Positions 9,728 to 20,555 of a stretch of DNA of 64,000 nt are shown here, piece after piece. The position numbers were made by a program, and so were the translations under genes. The notes under the pieces were generated by a model that saw nothing but the letters and a program-made list of their open reading frames with translations, had not been told where the DNA came from and did no database searches. Position 1 is the stretch's first letter, and every line of letters begins with the position of its first letter. The stretch is from an uncultured virus (IMG/VR IMGVR_UViG_3300028763_000006) (taxonomy: Duplodnaviria > Heunggongvirae > Uroviricota > Caudoviricetes). The stretch lies in IMG/VR virus record IMGVR_UViG_3300028763_000006, positions 1 through 64,000 of that record; one strand, written 5' to 3'.

Positions 9728-10972
9728 TTAAACAAATAATTTATCATCAGAATCAAGATCAAATTCTTCTGAAGTTAGCATATCTTTATCTTCAATTTCA
9801 TTCAATCTTTCATCAATTTCTTCTAATTCTTTCATACATTCTTCATATGAAGGATATTTGAAATAATCAAAAATAATTGGATCCATTTTTTCTAATACTT
9901 CTTGAGTAAATACTTTTCTATTGAATAATTGTGTTGCGGCAACTGATTTATCCAAATGTTTAACATACCATCTATTTGTTGGCTGATAAGTTATTTCGCC
10001 TGTTTCTTTATTTAATACTGGTTTAACTTTTGCTATACCAATCTTACTGAAATTTTCAGGAGTACAAAACAAATCCAATCCTTTAAATGGATTAATACCT
10101 TTTGTGTGATCAATTTCAAATTTAACCTTTTTTGGTTTAGCCAATCTATTTTTTCCGGCTTTTGCTGTAATCACAGAGCCAGAACGACCAAGATCCATCT
10201 CATCTTCTTCACCAGTTTTCAACTTTGCATCACTTAAAAATACAATACTACTAGCAGCATAATATAAACCTTCTCCACCTGACATGATTGTTTGAGGAAA
10301 CATATCTTGAGTTAAATAAACGTGATTAGTTGCTACCAATGGAATTCCTAAAAAACCTAAATCATTTGTGATAAGTCTAACAAGAGATTTGATTTGTTTT
10401 GCACGTGTCATATCTTGTTTAATATCTAATTTAAGAGTATCAGCTTTTTCTTTTTCTGAAGATAACATACCAATTGAATCTAAAAAGAAAATTGTTTTTG
10501 AAACATCCATTCCTTTTTCCTTAAGTTTTGTCATATCATCTAACATTGATGTCATAAACATTTTGATTTTTTCAACAATATTAGTTCTAATTAACATAAA
10601 TTTATTTGAATCAGATGTATCAATACCATACATATCGAAATCAGATTTTTCAATAGAAAACTCAGTATCAATCCATACAATATTATATCCTATTTTTTGC
10701 GCATTTCTAGCAATGTTAAGAGAAAGAAAAGATTTACCTGTTTGCTTTGGTCCAGCCAAAAGAGTTATTCTATTATTAGATATTCCACCATGTAAAATAC
10801 TTTTAGATAAAAGAGCATCTAAAATATAAACACCAGTTGAAATAAAACTTTTTTCCTTTTCAAAATCCTCAATTGATATAATCTCTTTTTTTGACATAGT
10901 ATCTATCAATCCAGAAATGTTAGAAAAATTAAAACTATTTTTTTGTGAAGTTTGTGTGGTTTTTTTTGCCAT
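9728..10972 (-). CDS. uvsX: RecA/UvsX-like recombinase
   Basis: AGPKQTGKS, IDTE, FLDSIGML, DMTRAK, NHVY, SGGEG, KNR motifs. Confidence 0.9.
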   Translation of the reverse strand: MAKKTTQTSQKNSFNFSNISGLIDTMSKKEIISIEDFEKEKSFISTGVYILDALLSKSILHGGISNNRITLLAGPKQTGKSFLSLNIARNAQKIGYNIVWIDTEFSIEKSDFDMYGIDTSDSNKFMLIRTNIVEKIKMFMTSMLDDMTKLKEKGMDVSKTIFFLDSIGMLSSEKEKADTLKLDIKQDMTRAKQIKSLVRLITNDLGFLGIPLVATNHVYLTQDMFPQTIMSGGEGLYYAASSIVFLSDAKLKTGEEDEMDLGRSGSVITAKAGKNRLAKPKKVKFEIDHTKGINPFKGLDLFCTPENFSKIGIAKVKPVLNKETGEITYQPTNRWYVKHLDKSVAATQLFNRKVFTQEVLEKMDPIIFDYFKYPSYEECMKELEEIDERLNEIEDKDMLTSEEFDLDSDDKLFV

Positions 10973-11223
10973 CTTTAATTTAATTATTTTTTATTATAAC
11001 AATCAGATATTATATGAAACAGTACATAAAAAGTTTTCATAATATTATTAGTTTCACAAATAAGATTGATATAATTACATACGTTGTATAATTAGTTTAA
11101 ATACTAATATATGTATTAATTTTATACACAAAATCGACAAAAGTTTTAAATATATTAGTATATTATTTTTGAATCGAACCTATTCAAAAATATATATAAT
11201 TCAAAATTAATATTATAAGATTT

Positions 11224-11625
11224 ATGGAATTCTACATAGTGTTCGTGAAAAACCGAAAAAAACTTGATAAATATATAAAAATAAATAAAATTCGTAACAA
11301 AACTATAATAGATATCAGACAACAATTGGATGATCATGGTTTAGAGGATGTAAACGAATGGAAAGAATATTTTAATCTTATAATTTATACTAAGATATCT
11401 CAAACAATAAGAAAAAATAAAGATGTATATTATATACCAAATTTACACAAAATTAATACATTAGAAATTGATGATATATTTCAAATAAAAGAAAATTTAA
11501 TAGGAAAAATAAATTTTAACTTATTATTTTTTTATGAAGATTTCAAAGACAATCAAAAACTATTTGATGATTTACTATCAAGCATTTCTTTATTTGACTC
11601 AATTCAAATAATTAGAGATTATTAA
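11224..11625 (+). CDS. Hypothetical protein
   Basis: 133-aa ORF, divergent from uvsX. Confidence 0.55.
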   Translation: MEFYIVFVKNRKKLDKYIKINKIRNKTIIDIRQQLDDHGLEDVNEWKEYFNLIIYTKISQTIRKNKDVYYIPNLHKINTLEIDDIFQIKENLIGKINFNLLFFYEDFKDNQKLFDDLLSSISLFDSIQIIRDY

Positions 11626-11674
11626 TATTCAGCAGAAGTTTTTTTTATATATAAGATAAATTATATAAATAAAA

Positions 11675-13705
11675 ATGGCGCATTATTCTGAAATGGATTT
11701 TTTATTTGACAGTGAAACAAATAGAAATTCAATCACACAGCAGTTAAATAATACAAGTGTTGGAAATACTCATAGCATTTTTAATTCTAAATATACGGTA
11801 TATAAAAAGAATGATAAAAGTGTTCTTGTTGCAGGAACCAATAAAATAAAAGCATATACACAGGAGAATATATATAATAATGAAAATAATAGTATAAATC
11901 CTTATGTTAAAATATTAAAAGATCCTACATTTAATACACTTGCACCTAAACCAGGAGCAGGATTAAGATTGAAACCATCATATTTTGCTTATCTACGTGA
12001 TTTAGGAGTATATCCTATTAATAGAATGGCTATTCTTAGAAGATATCCAGAAGGAGTTTTTGTACCTGAAAATTTGGGACTTATGAACGCTGAACCAGTA
12101 TCTACTATAATTGGATGGATTAAGCAAGATGATAATTTTGGAACCATAAATTTCAATGAAACTTGGGGAATTACAAACAAAAGATTTGATGAAAAAATAG
12201 CGGACATTGTTAAAAAAGTAACAAAAGTTGATATCGCTAACATTATACCTATACCAAGTTTTGCTCAAGGAATGTTATTTGAGATATACAAAAAAATGGG
12301 ATTGACAGGAGCAGGAGTGAATGAGGAGGCTGATAATGGCTCACCAAATTATTGGGGACTTAATAATATACCAATAGGGGATCCTAATGTATTAAAAGAA
12401 GGACCTTTCAGAGACCCAGAAACACAAAACATAAAATCATCTTTCAGTTTTGAGCTAATTACTGTATATGAGCAAAAATTGGTAGGTGAAGTTGATCCAG
12501 GTTCAGCAATGTTAGATATATTAGATAATATATATGCAATGGGCACATCAAATATGTCATTCTATTGGAGCGATTCATCAAAAATAATGCAAAAGGCAAA
12601 AGGTGCTGTAGATAAAAGAGGAAATAATTTAAGTGAATGGTGGGATTTAGTAGTGACAATAACAGAAAGTTTTTGGGAAACATTGAAAACATTATTCACA
12701 GAATTCACAACAGAAGCAACAGTGGCAGCAAAAACTTTATTAACAACAGAATCGACAAAAGATAAAAAAACTCAAGCAGAAAATGAAGCAGCCACAAAAA
12801 AAAGTCAAGAAAATCGAGCAAAATATGTAGGATGGAAAGATAATGCATCTTCGAATAGAAACAAATATAAGAAAGGTACTCCAGACTATTTAAAATGGGA
12901 CAAAAAATATAATGATGATGTTGAAGCAATTAAAAAAATAGACAATGAAGGAAAAACAGATCCATTATCTGCAGCAAAACAAAGTGTCGAGACTAATAGT
13001 GCAACAGCTAAAGTTGCAGCATCTTCGTTATTGACTAAAATTGTTGGAGAAGGATTAAAAATAATTCAAAAAATATTAACTAGTACTGTTGCAATTCACA
13101 GATTTGAACTTAGAGGGTCAATAGAATTGATGACTGGAGGTCAAGATAGTGCTGCGCCTTGGCATTTAACAATAGGAAATCCATATTCCCCTTGGTTAAA
13201 TACAAGTCACATAATAGTAAAAACATGTTCAGTTGAAACAAGCAATGAAATGGGATTCAATGATATGCCTCAAAGATTAACTGCAAAATTTCAATGCGAA
13301 TTTTCTAGATCATTAGGTAAACAAGAATTAATGAGAATGTTTAATAATACATACAGAAGAGAATATTCATCAATTCCAACAACTCCAATTCAATATCAAG
13401 GAGAAGTCAAGCCAGAGGCTGATAAAATATATGATGGAGGTAGTCTACCAGAAATAGTTGTAACACCAGATACTAATATGCCTGGTAACACTTCGGTATT
13501 AGACCCATCAATAGAAAATTATATGCACAGTAAGGATGGAAATTGGTACACATACAAACAAAGAAAGGCAATGGCTGCAAAAGCAGGAATTCAAAACTAT
13601 AGAGGAACTGCTGAGCAAAATACTCAATGGTTAGACTCTCTTAGGGCACAAGATAATGCTAATGGATTCGTTGATAAAGTTCAAAGTAATGATAACATAA
13701 CTTAA
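11675..13705 (+). CDS. Putative tail/baseplate protein with C-terminal DUF3597-like domain
   Basis: First gene of the baseplate block; PWHLTIGNPYSP motif; C-terminal RKAMAAKAGIQNYRGTAEQN. Confidence 0.55.
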   Translation: MAHYSEMDFLFDSETNRNSITQQLNNTSVGNTHSIFNSKYTVYKKNDKSVLVAGTNKIKAYTQENIYNNENNSINPYVKILKDPTFNTLAPKPGAGLRLKPSYFAYLRDLGVYPINRMAILRRYPEGVFVPENLGLMNAEPVSTIIGWIKQDDNFGTINFNETWGITNKRFDEKIADIVKKVTKVDIANIIPIPSFAQGMLFEIYKKMGLTGAGVNEEADNGSPNYWGLNNIPIGDPNVLKEGPFRDPETQNIKSSFSFELITVYEQKLVGEVDPGSAMLDILDNIYAMGTSNMSFYWSDSSKIMQKAKGAVDKRGNNLSEWWDLVVTITESFWETLKTLFTEFTTEATVAAKTLLTTESTKDKKTQAENEAATKKSQENRAKYVGWKDNASSNRNKYKKGTPDYLKWDKKYNDDVEAIKKIDNEGKTDPLSAAKQSVETNSATAKVAASSLLTKIVGEGLKIIQKILTSTVAIHRFELRGSIELMTGGQDSAAPWHLTIGNPYSPWLNTSHIIVKTCSVETSNEMGFNDMPQRLTAKFQCEFSRSLGKQELMRMFNNTYRREYSSIPTTPIQYQGEVKPEADKIYDGGSLPEIVVTPDTNMPGNTSVLDPSIENYMHSKDGNWYTYKQRKAMAAKAGIQNYRGTAEQNTQWLDSLRAQDNANGFVDKVQSNDNIT

Positions 13706-13718
13706 AATAATAATTAAT

Positions 13719-14203
13719 ATGAAAATACTATCATTTGATAATAACGGAAATTATAGAATAAAAAGAGACTCTGATCAAAATAATCTTTTTGATATATTTC
13801 AAAAAAACATAGTCAATAATCTATCAATAGGCAAAAGAATATATATTGTACCTAGAGAATATGAAATGAGATTAGATAGAATATCTGAGCATCTATATGG
13901 ATCTTCTGATTATGTAGAAGAGTTAATGATTATAATGATTTGATAAGTCCGTATTCTGTCAAAGAAGGACAATATATATATTTTTGTCAATATGAGGATT
14001 TGGTACAATTATACACAACAGATGAGATACCAACTCAGCAAGACAAGGCAAGACAAGCATTAATAAACTCTATTCAAACAGATAGAAACAAAAAGAATTT
14101 ATTTAATGATGCTAATTTACCAATATCAATAAAACCTACAATATTAAAGCAAGTTAGTGTAACAAATGACAACAAAATAAAAATAATAAATACCTTTGAA
14201 TAA
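13719..14203 (+). pseudogene. T4 gp53/LysM-like baseplate wedge gene split by a 1-nt frameshift (two ORFs in track)
   Basis: RLDRISEHLYGSSDYVEELMII then, after adding one A at ~13935, NDLISPYSVKEGQYIY restores a continuous gp53-like motif. May be an assembly error. Confidence 0.65.
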
Positions 14204-14217
14204 AAAAATATTAAAAT

Positions 14218-15681
14218 ATGATACAAGTTATTGAAAAAGCTAAAATAAAAACAAAAGAATTGAATTTTCAATTATACGACAAAGCAGCAACAGATGTTTT
14301 TGTTCAATCTCTTGATTATGTGCCTCTTGTATTTATTAGTAAATTATTTGATACTAGTAATCCTCCACTAAATGGGACAACAATAGATCCAAGTGATATA
14401 ATATCACTAAAATTATTCAATGATAAATTCTTACCGTCAGTAGAATTATTTTGTGAGGATTCTCTTGGTGTCATATTCACAGATTTCTATCCTTTTGATC
14501 ATGATACAATAATAAGTGTATTTGTGAAATCTAGTTCGGAGCAGTTAATGCCATTAAGAATGGATTTTAGGTTAACAGAATTACAAACAATAAAATCTGA
14601 TCCTGAATCTCATGGATTACAATTTTTAATAAAAGGAATATTAGATGTAGATGATTTGCAATATTCAAATTATGAATCAATAAACGCTACTAGTTATCAA
14701 GCAATAAAACAATTAGCTCTTAGAATGAATTTAGGATTTGCATCAAACATTGATGATAGTGCGGATTCAATGAAATGGATAAATCCAAGTGACGTCAATC
14801 AAGTATTCATAAAAGATATAACAAAATATTCTTATGTTTCAGACCAATCTTTTGTTTGGACATTTATTGATTTTTATTACAACTTGAATTACGTTGATGT
14901 TCAAGCAGAATTAAATAGTGTATTAAAAGATGAATCTCATAGTTTAGCAAATCCTCAATTAGAAAAAGTTCCACAAGAAAAAAATGTACTTTTATATTTG
15001 AGTAATAATGATGCTCTCAAAGGAACAAATCAATACTTTAGTAAATTTAATATTATGAATCAATCATATAGTATAAATTTAGAATTATGCTATCAAACAT
15101 ATTCGACTTGGTACACAAAAAATTCCAACACTGTAACAAAGAAACTAATAACAGATTTAGAAACAGATGAAAATAAAGTAGGAAGTAAATTAAAAATATT
15201 AAAAGATAAGCAATCACAAATATTCAATAATAATGTAAATGATGAATATTTCATTGGTAAAATGGATGATGAAAATGTTCATGAAAATTATAACTATGCT
15301 AAATTATCAAATGAATACAATCTAATTTCAATGGAAAGAATGAAATTAGTTCTAACATTAGATGTTATAAATTTTTCAATAAAAAGATTTCAAAATATTA
15401 AAGTAGAAGTTTTTAATATTAATGATTTATTTTCAAATAATGCGAACACAAAAAAACCATTAAATAACATAAACAATAAACTATCTGGATTTTGGTATGT
15501 AACAGGAATAAATTACATATTTAAATACGAAGAAGGAGTAGAGCAAGAGATTACACTAATGAGAAGAGATCTTAATATAGATTATGGAAATGGAAACAAT
15601 GAACAACACGATTTATCTGCAGCAGCTACATCAAATAATGCAGGAGGAACAACTGTCAGCACAGGACCAAAAACAAAATAA
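14218..15681 (+). CDS. Putative baseplate hub protein (gp27-like position)
   Basis: Between gp53-like and gp5-like genes; LSGFWYVTGINY...QEITLMRR C-terminal motif typical of hub proteins. Confidence 0.5.
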   Translation: MIQVIEKAKIKTKELNFQLYDKAATDVFVQSLDYVPLVFISKLFDTSNPPLNGTTIDPSDIISLKLFNDKFLPSVELFCEDSLGVIFTDFYPFDHDTIISVFVKSSSEQLMPLRMDFRLTELQTIKSDPESHGLQFLIKGILDVDDLQYSNYESINATSYQAIKQLALRMNLGFASNIDDSADSMKWINPSDVNQVFIKDITKYSYVSDQSFVWTFIDFYYNLNYVDVQAELNSVLKDESHSLANPQLEKVPQEKNVLLYLSNNDALKGTNQYFSKFNIMNQSYSINLELCYQTYSTWYTKNSNTVTKKLITDLETDENKVGSKLKILKDKQSQIFNNNVNDEYFIGKMDDENVHENYNYAKLSNEYNLISMERMKLVLTLDVINFSIKRFQNIKVEVFNINDLFSNNANTKKPLNNINNKLSGFWYVTGINYIFKYEEGVEQEITLMRRDLNIDYGNGNNEQHDLSAAATSNNAGGTTVSTGPKTK

Positions 15682-15690
15682 TAATGAAAT

Positions 15691-17163
15691 ATGAGTATAG
15701 TTGGAATGATAACAAGTGAAATTTTAGGTAATATTAATGATACCAGTAGTAACAGTGCAAAATACATTAAAGGGTATTCTGATCAATCTGCATTAGGACA
15801 ATTATCTAATAGTATGATAGGCAATTCCTTAGGATTAACTCAAGGACAAACTGATGCATATGATCCTAATCACATATCAGATGCAAAGCAAGAAGAATTT
15901 TGGTATACATCTGATGATACAACTAAAAGTTTTGGTAGAGACGTACAAAAAAAATATGATTCTGATACTAACACATTCAAAAGATCATTAAATATAAAAG
16001 ATGATGATTTCTATTATGAAGATCCACTTATACCATCGTTTGAATTATTCTTTGAACAAAATTCTCCATTCTTTGTGGAAAATTATTCAATTGAGAATAG
16101 TTTTTCATCTTTTATAAATAAATACACTAGCATAAGTTCAACAGATTACACAAATAGATTTAAACTTTGGCAAGAATTTAGAAACACATTTTTTAAAATA
16201 TTCGAAAATACATTAAACGGTAAATCGAACAGAAACATATCGGCCAAATCATATTATATAACAAAAATTGACGGAATTAATAATTTAAATAATAAAATGA
16301 CTAAATATGGAGAAGATAAAATTACAATAACACTAAATGAAGATGTGTCTATGATAGGCTGGTATTTAGCTGAATTATATAATACTATGATTTATAGTTA
16401 TAAGAATAAACGACACATGTTTCCTGAGAATGTTTTGAGATTTAATATGATGATTCAAATAAATGATATGAGGAATTTTACTATTCCACAAAATAAATCT
16501 ACATCATCTGATAATACATCAATTAATACTAATAATATAAATAATGATGTTAAAAATATTGCATCAAGCAAGTCATCAATAATATATACATTAAATGATT
16601 GCAATTTTAATTTTTTTGAGAGTAGAAATTATGGTGATAGTATAGAAATAGGAGGATATGGCAATGGAGTATCAAATACGCCATCCACAATTTCTTTTGA
16701 CATTTATTATAAATCAGTAGAAAGATCAAGTAGTTTTCCATTAATTAAAAATAGTTATACCATTGAACCATATGAAGATATTATAGCATCAAATGGTAAA
16801 TCTGATAATATTAGCAGTATAATGACTTATACCAAAGATTTGAAAGACATAGAAAGCAATAGTCCAATTCAATCTAAAGGATTTTTCAATAGTCTAATGA
16901 CTAAAGCTGAAACAACTATAAGTACAATAGGAAGCAACTATGTATCAAGTCTTGAAACAAAATTAAGAGAGTCAAGAGGATCAGCAGTAAATGGATTATT
17001 AAATCAATTCACTAAACTGACAGGCATAAATAAAATAGAGCCTGATAATGTTTATAACTCAGATTTTAACAACAGAACAAGTATAAAAAATCTTGGAAAA
17101 GAACTTGCTTCAGGATTATTAACAGATTTGATTGATGAAACAAAATCAGCTTTAAATTTTTAA
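15691..17163 (+). CDS. Putative virion structural protein
   Basis: Context in the baseplate operon only. Confidence 0.4.
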   Translation: MSIVGMITSEILGNINDTSSNSAKYIKGYSDQSALGQLSNSMIGNSLGLTQGQTDAYDPNHISDAKQEEFWYTSDDTTKSFGRDVQKKYDSDTNTFKRSLNIKDDDFYYEDPLIPSFELFFEQNSPFFVENYSIENSFSSFINKYTSISSTDYTNRFKLWQEFRNTFFKIFENTLNGKSNRNISAKSYYITKIDGINNLNNKMTKYGEDKITITLNEDVSMIGWYLAELYNTMIYSYKNKRHMFPENVLRFNMMIQINDMRNFTIPQNKSTSSDNTSINTNNINNDVKNIASSKSSIIYTLNDCNFNFFESRNYGDSIEIGGYGNGVSNTPSTISFDIYYKSVERSSSFPLIKNSYTIEPYEDIIASNGKSDNISSIMTYTKDLKDIESNSPIQSKGFFNSLMTKAETTISTIGSNYVSSLETKLRESRGSAVNGLLNQFTKLTGINKIEPDNVYNSDFNNRTSIKNLGKELASGLLTDLIDETKSALNF

Positions 17164-17180
17164 ATAAAATAATAAAATAA

Positions 17181-19025
17181 ATGGAATTATTAAGAGATTT
17201 TTACGTTGGAATAGTAGAAGAAAATATTGATTCAGCAAAAAAAGGTAGAATAAAAGTAAGAGTGCAAACATTATATCATGGAATTGATGTTAAAGATATT
17301 CCATGGGCTTATCCATTTGGAGATTTAAGTGGAAAAGAATTTTCTGTTCCAGCAATTGGTAAATTAGTTAATATTCTTTACTTATCAGATGATTTATATT
17401 CACCATATTATATATATTCAGAGAATAATAATATAAATTTACAAACTAGACTTAACGGGTTAAGTGATGATGAATATACAAGATTCACTGCATTATTATA
17501 TGATGATAGAACACAAATATATTCAGATGATACATCACTATCTCTTGATTATTATTATAATAAACTTTCATTAGAAAGAGATTCTATAAATTTAGAACTT
17601 AAAGACAATACTCAAACATTAAATTTAGGATCAAAAAACGCAGGTCAAGAAGCAGTATTAGGCACAAGATTTTTTGATTGGATGGATAAATTTATAAATG
17701 AATTTAGAAGCGTAACATCAATGATTGATAGTATTGGAGGACCACTAATAAAGACAAAACTTGATATGATATGTGATGAGTACACAGCGATAAGAGAAGA
17801 TTTTGTATCAAGAAATGTTAAAATTGTTGATAATGGAGCTGTTAGTTCAGCGGAAAGACCATCAGAAACATTTAGTTCAGTAAATGACACTGATTTGATA
17901 ATGCCAAATGATGCTGATTATGCAAACTTATTAAATCGTATAAATATGTTAAACTCCGCTGGATGTGAAGAATTAAAATCAAACACTGCAACAGATTATA
18001 TACCAACAAGTTCAGAAATGGTTCTTCCATTATTAGGTGTTAGAGTATCATGTAGATTTGGACCAAGACAACTTAAAGGAGAAGGAGTGACATTTCATGC
18101 AGGATTAGATATAGCAGCACCAATAGGAACTGTTGTGGTAAGTTCATTTGACGGTATTGTAGTATCAGCATCATTTGATAGTCAATATGGAGGAGGAAAC
18201 ACAATTGTAATAAAACACACAAATGGTTTCAAAACTGGATATTGTCATTTGAGTAAAATGTTAGTCAATGCAAATTCAATTGTAAAAACAGGAAATCCAA
18301 TAGGCTTAGTAGGAAACACTGGAGGACACACGACAGGACCACATTTACATTTCTCAGTAACTACTCCAGCAAATAAAAAAGTTGATCCCGAATTATATTT
18401 TGAATGGCCAGTAAGAAAAGGAGATGCTCAAAAAGGTTCAAATACAGGAAAAGGAGAATATAAAGGTAGTTCATATTCTGCATCATCATCAAGCATACCA
18501 TGTGATGTAAACAATAATATATCATTGGAAGATATATACGGCTCTCCTATAGTTATTGGTGATTCTGTTAGTGCAGAGTTAGCTAAAAAATCAGCAGATT
18601 CATATTTGGGTAGAAAAATGAGTGAAACAGAATGGAATATGTTAATAAGAGCGGTATACGCAGAAGCATCCCATAATACTGAAGAAAGAGCTTGGTGTAT
18701 GGCTGTAATGTTAAATAGAGCTAGAACAAAAGGAGGATCAAATAGTGTATATTCTATATTGACAGCAAAAAATCAATTTCAATCTGTCACTGGAACAAAT
18801 GCAAATGGACACAGACCAAGTAAAAATTTTACAGATGGTCCAAATGCTAAAAATCAAAAAAGTATATTTCAGTCTGCAATTTATATATTATCAAAAGTTC
18901 CTAAAAATATAGTAAAATTCACAGCAGCATCATCAAAAGCGTATGGAGCAGGAACTAATATTGGATATAGAAACAAATTACTTGCAAGTGGTGGAGTAAC
19001 AATAGGCGGAACAGTATTTGCATAA
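17181..19025 (+). CDS. Baseplate spike/tail lysin: gp5-like OB fold + M23 peptidase + SleB/Hydrolase_2-like domain
   Basis: N-terminal GIVEENID...GRIKVRV...PWAYP; HAGLD, YCHL and GPHLHF (M23); VYAEA...VMLNRAR...NQFQ (cell-wall hydrolase). Confidence 0.85.
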   Translation: MELLRDFYVGIVEENIDSAKKGRIKVRVQTLYHGIDVKDIPWAYPFGDLSGKEFSVPAIGKLVNILYLSDDLYSPYYIYSENNNINLQTRLNGLSDDEYTRFTALLYDDRTQIYSDDTSLSLDYYYNKLSLERDSINLELKDNTQTLNLGSKNAGQEAVLGTRFFDWMDKFINEFRSVTSMIDSIGGPLIKTKLDMICDEYTAIREDFVSRNVKIVDNGAVSSAERPSETFSSVNDTDLIMPNDADYANLLNRINMLNSAGCEELKSNTATDYIPTSSEMVLPLLGVRVSCRFGPRQLKGEGVTFHAGLDIAAPIGTVVVSSFDGIVVSASFDSQYGGGNTIVIKHTNGFKTGYCHLSKMLVNANSIVKTGNPIGLVGNTGGHTTGPHLHFSVTTPANKKVDPELYFEWPVRKGDAQKGSNTGKGEYKGSSYSASSSSIPCDVNNNISLEDIYGSPIVIGDSVSAELAKKSADSYLGRKMSETEWNMLIRAVYAEASHNTEERAWCMAVMLNRARTKGGSNSVYSILTAKNQFQSVTGTNANGHRPSKNFTDGPNAKNQKSIFQSAIYILSKVPKNIVKFTAASSKAYGAGTNIGYRNKLLASGGVTIGGTVFA

Positions 19026-19082
19026 AATCTATAAAACTTTTTTTATAAATATTTATATAACTCCATAAATAATTTTTTATAA

Positions 19083-20060
19083 ATGACAATATTTAAAAAT
19101 AAAAAAATATTAATCATAGGAGATGTTATGCTCGATTCTTATTTTTTTGGTAATGTTGATAGAATTTCACCAGAAGCACCTGTACCAATTGTAGATATAA
19201 TAAAAAAAGAAAATAAATTAGGCGGAGCTGCAAACGTAGCATACAACATAAAAAATCTTGGTGGTACTCCTATATTATGCTCAGTTATCGGTAAAGATAA
19301 TAATGGAGATGCAATATTATCTTTATTGAAAGAAAAAGAAATATCAACAAATTATATTATTCAATCTAGCATCAGAATAACTACAAACAAAACCAGAATA
19401 ATTGGAAATAAATGCCAAATTTTAAGAATAGATGAAGAAATAACTGAAGATTTAAATAATGAATCAGATAACCTAATTTCATTGGTTATCTCAACAATAG
19501 AAAATGAACATGTAGATTGCGTGTTATTTCAAGATTATGATAAAGGAGTATTAAATGAAAACATAATAAAAATTATAATCGAAAAAGCAAATTCATTAGG
19601 AATTTCTATATTAGTAGATCCTAAGAAAAAAAATTTCAACTATTACGAAAATATTAAACTATTCAAACCAAATTTTAAGGAATTCAAAGAAAGTATTAAT
19701 TTAAATATATCAGATAAAAATGAACTACTTAAAGAAGGATCCATTATACTTCATAATAAAGGAATAAATATTATATTTATTACACTATCAGAAAATGGTA
19801 TATTTATTTCTTATAAAAAAGAAGGTAAAATAATAAGTAAGATAATACCTACAACACAAAGAAACATAATTGATGTGTCTGGTGCTGGTGATTCTGTTAT
19901 ATCTGTTTTATCAATGTTAATTAATGATATAGAAATAGAAGAGATAGCAAAAATTTCAAATTTAGCAGGAGGAATTGCATGTGAAAAAGTTGGAGTAGTT
20001 TCAATTGATAAAAATAGATTACTAAATGAATATTATAATGATTCAAACAATACAAAATGA
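19083..20060 (+). CDS. rfaE: D-glycero-beta-D-manno-heptose-7-phosphate kinase (HldE/RfaE domain I, PfkB family)
   Basis: IGDVMLD, RISPEAPVP, GGAANVA, DYDKG, VDPK, DVSGAGD. Confidence 0.9.
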   Translation: MTIFKNKKILIIGDVMLDSYFFGNVDRISPEAPVPIVDIIKKENKLGGAANVAYNIKNLGGTPILCSVIGKDNNGDAILSLLKEKEISTNYIIQSSIRITTNKTRIIGNKCQILRIDEEITEDLNNESDNLISLVISTIENEHVDCVLFQDYDKGVLNENIIKIIIEKANSLGISILVDPKKKNFNYYENIKLFKPNFKEFKESINLNISDKNELLKEGSIILHNKGINIIFITLSENGIFISYKKEGKIISKIIPTTQRNIIDVSGAGDSVISVLSMLINDIEIEEIAKISNLAGGIACEKVGVVSIDKNRLLNEYYNDSNNTK

Positions 20061-20358
20061 AATATACAAATTATTAGATGATTTAATTATATCTGAAAAT
20101 AATAGTAATTCAAGGTACATGATAAAATCTTATATATCTAATATTCTAAATAAAAATATATCTAATAACAATATAAATTTATATAAAGTTATATGCGATG
20201 AAACAAACAACATAGAAATAGACTCCATATATATAGACGTTTATATTTTTATACATAATAGTAATTGCTCAACTGTAATTAGTTTTTTTAAAAATGTTAA
20301 TAAAATAAGCAGATTGAGAAAATTAAGAAAAGATAAGCTAAAAAAAATATACAAATGA
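20026..20358 (+). CDS. Small protein, RKxKL C-terminal family
   Basis: Ends LRKDKLKKIYK; contains VICDETNN. Confidence 0.55.
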   Translation: MNIIMIQTIQNEIYKLLDDLIISENNSNSRYMIKSYISNILNKNISNNNINLYKVICDETNNIEIDSIYIDVYIFIHNSNCSTVISFFKNVNKISRLRKLRKDKLKKIYK

Positions 20359-20555
20359 CAGCATCAGAACTTGATAATATAGCATATGGTTTATATTTAA
20401 AATATATAAATGAAATGTTGATAAATAAAAATATTGAGCACATAAAAATAGAAGAATTTATAAATTATAAAAAAATTTTCATATCTTTTTATAAAGATGC
20501 AAACATATTTTTAAGAAAAGAAAAAATAAATAACATAAATGAAAAATTATTATGA
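20355..20555 (+). CDS. Small protein, RKxKL C-terminal family
   Basis: Ends LRKEKINNINEKLL. Confidence 0.55.
   Translation: MTASELDNIAYGLYLKYINEMLINKNIEHIKIEEFINYKKIFISFYKDANIFLRKEKINNINEKLL

Noticed and set aside
10368..10829. 153-aa ORF antisense to uvsX, and similar short shadow ORFs (2505, 4998, 9478, 11989-12929, 17645, 47170, 53594, 54635, 59712)
   Set aside because: They lie wholly or mostly within well-supported genes on the opposite strand and have no motifs.
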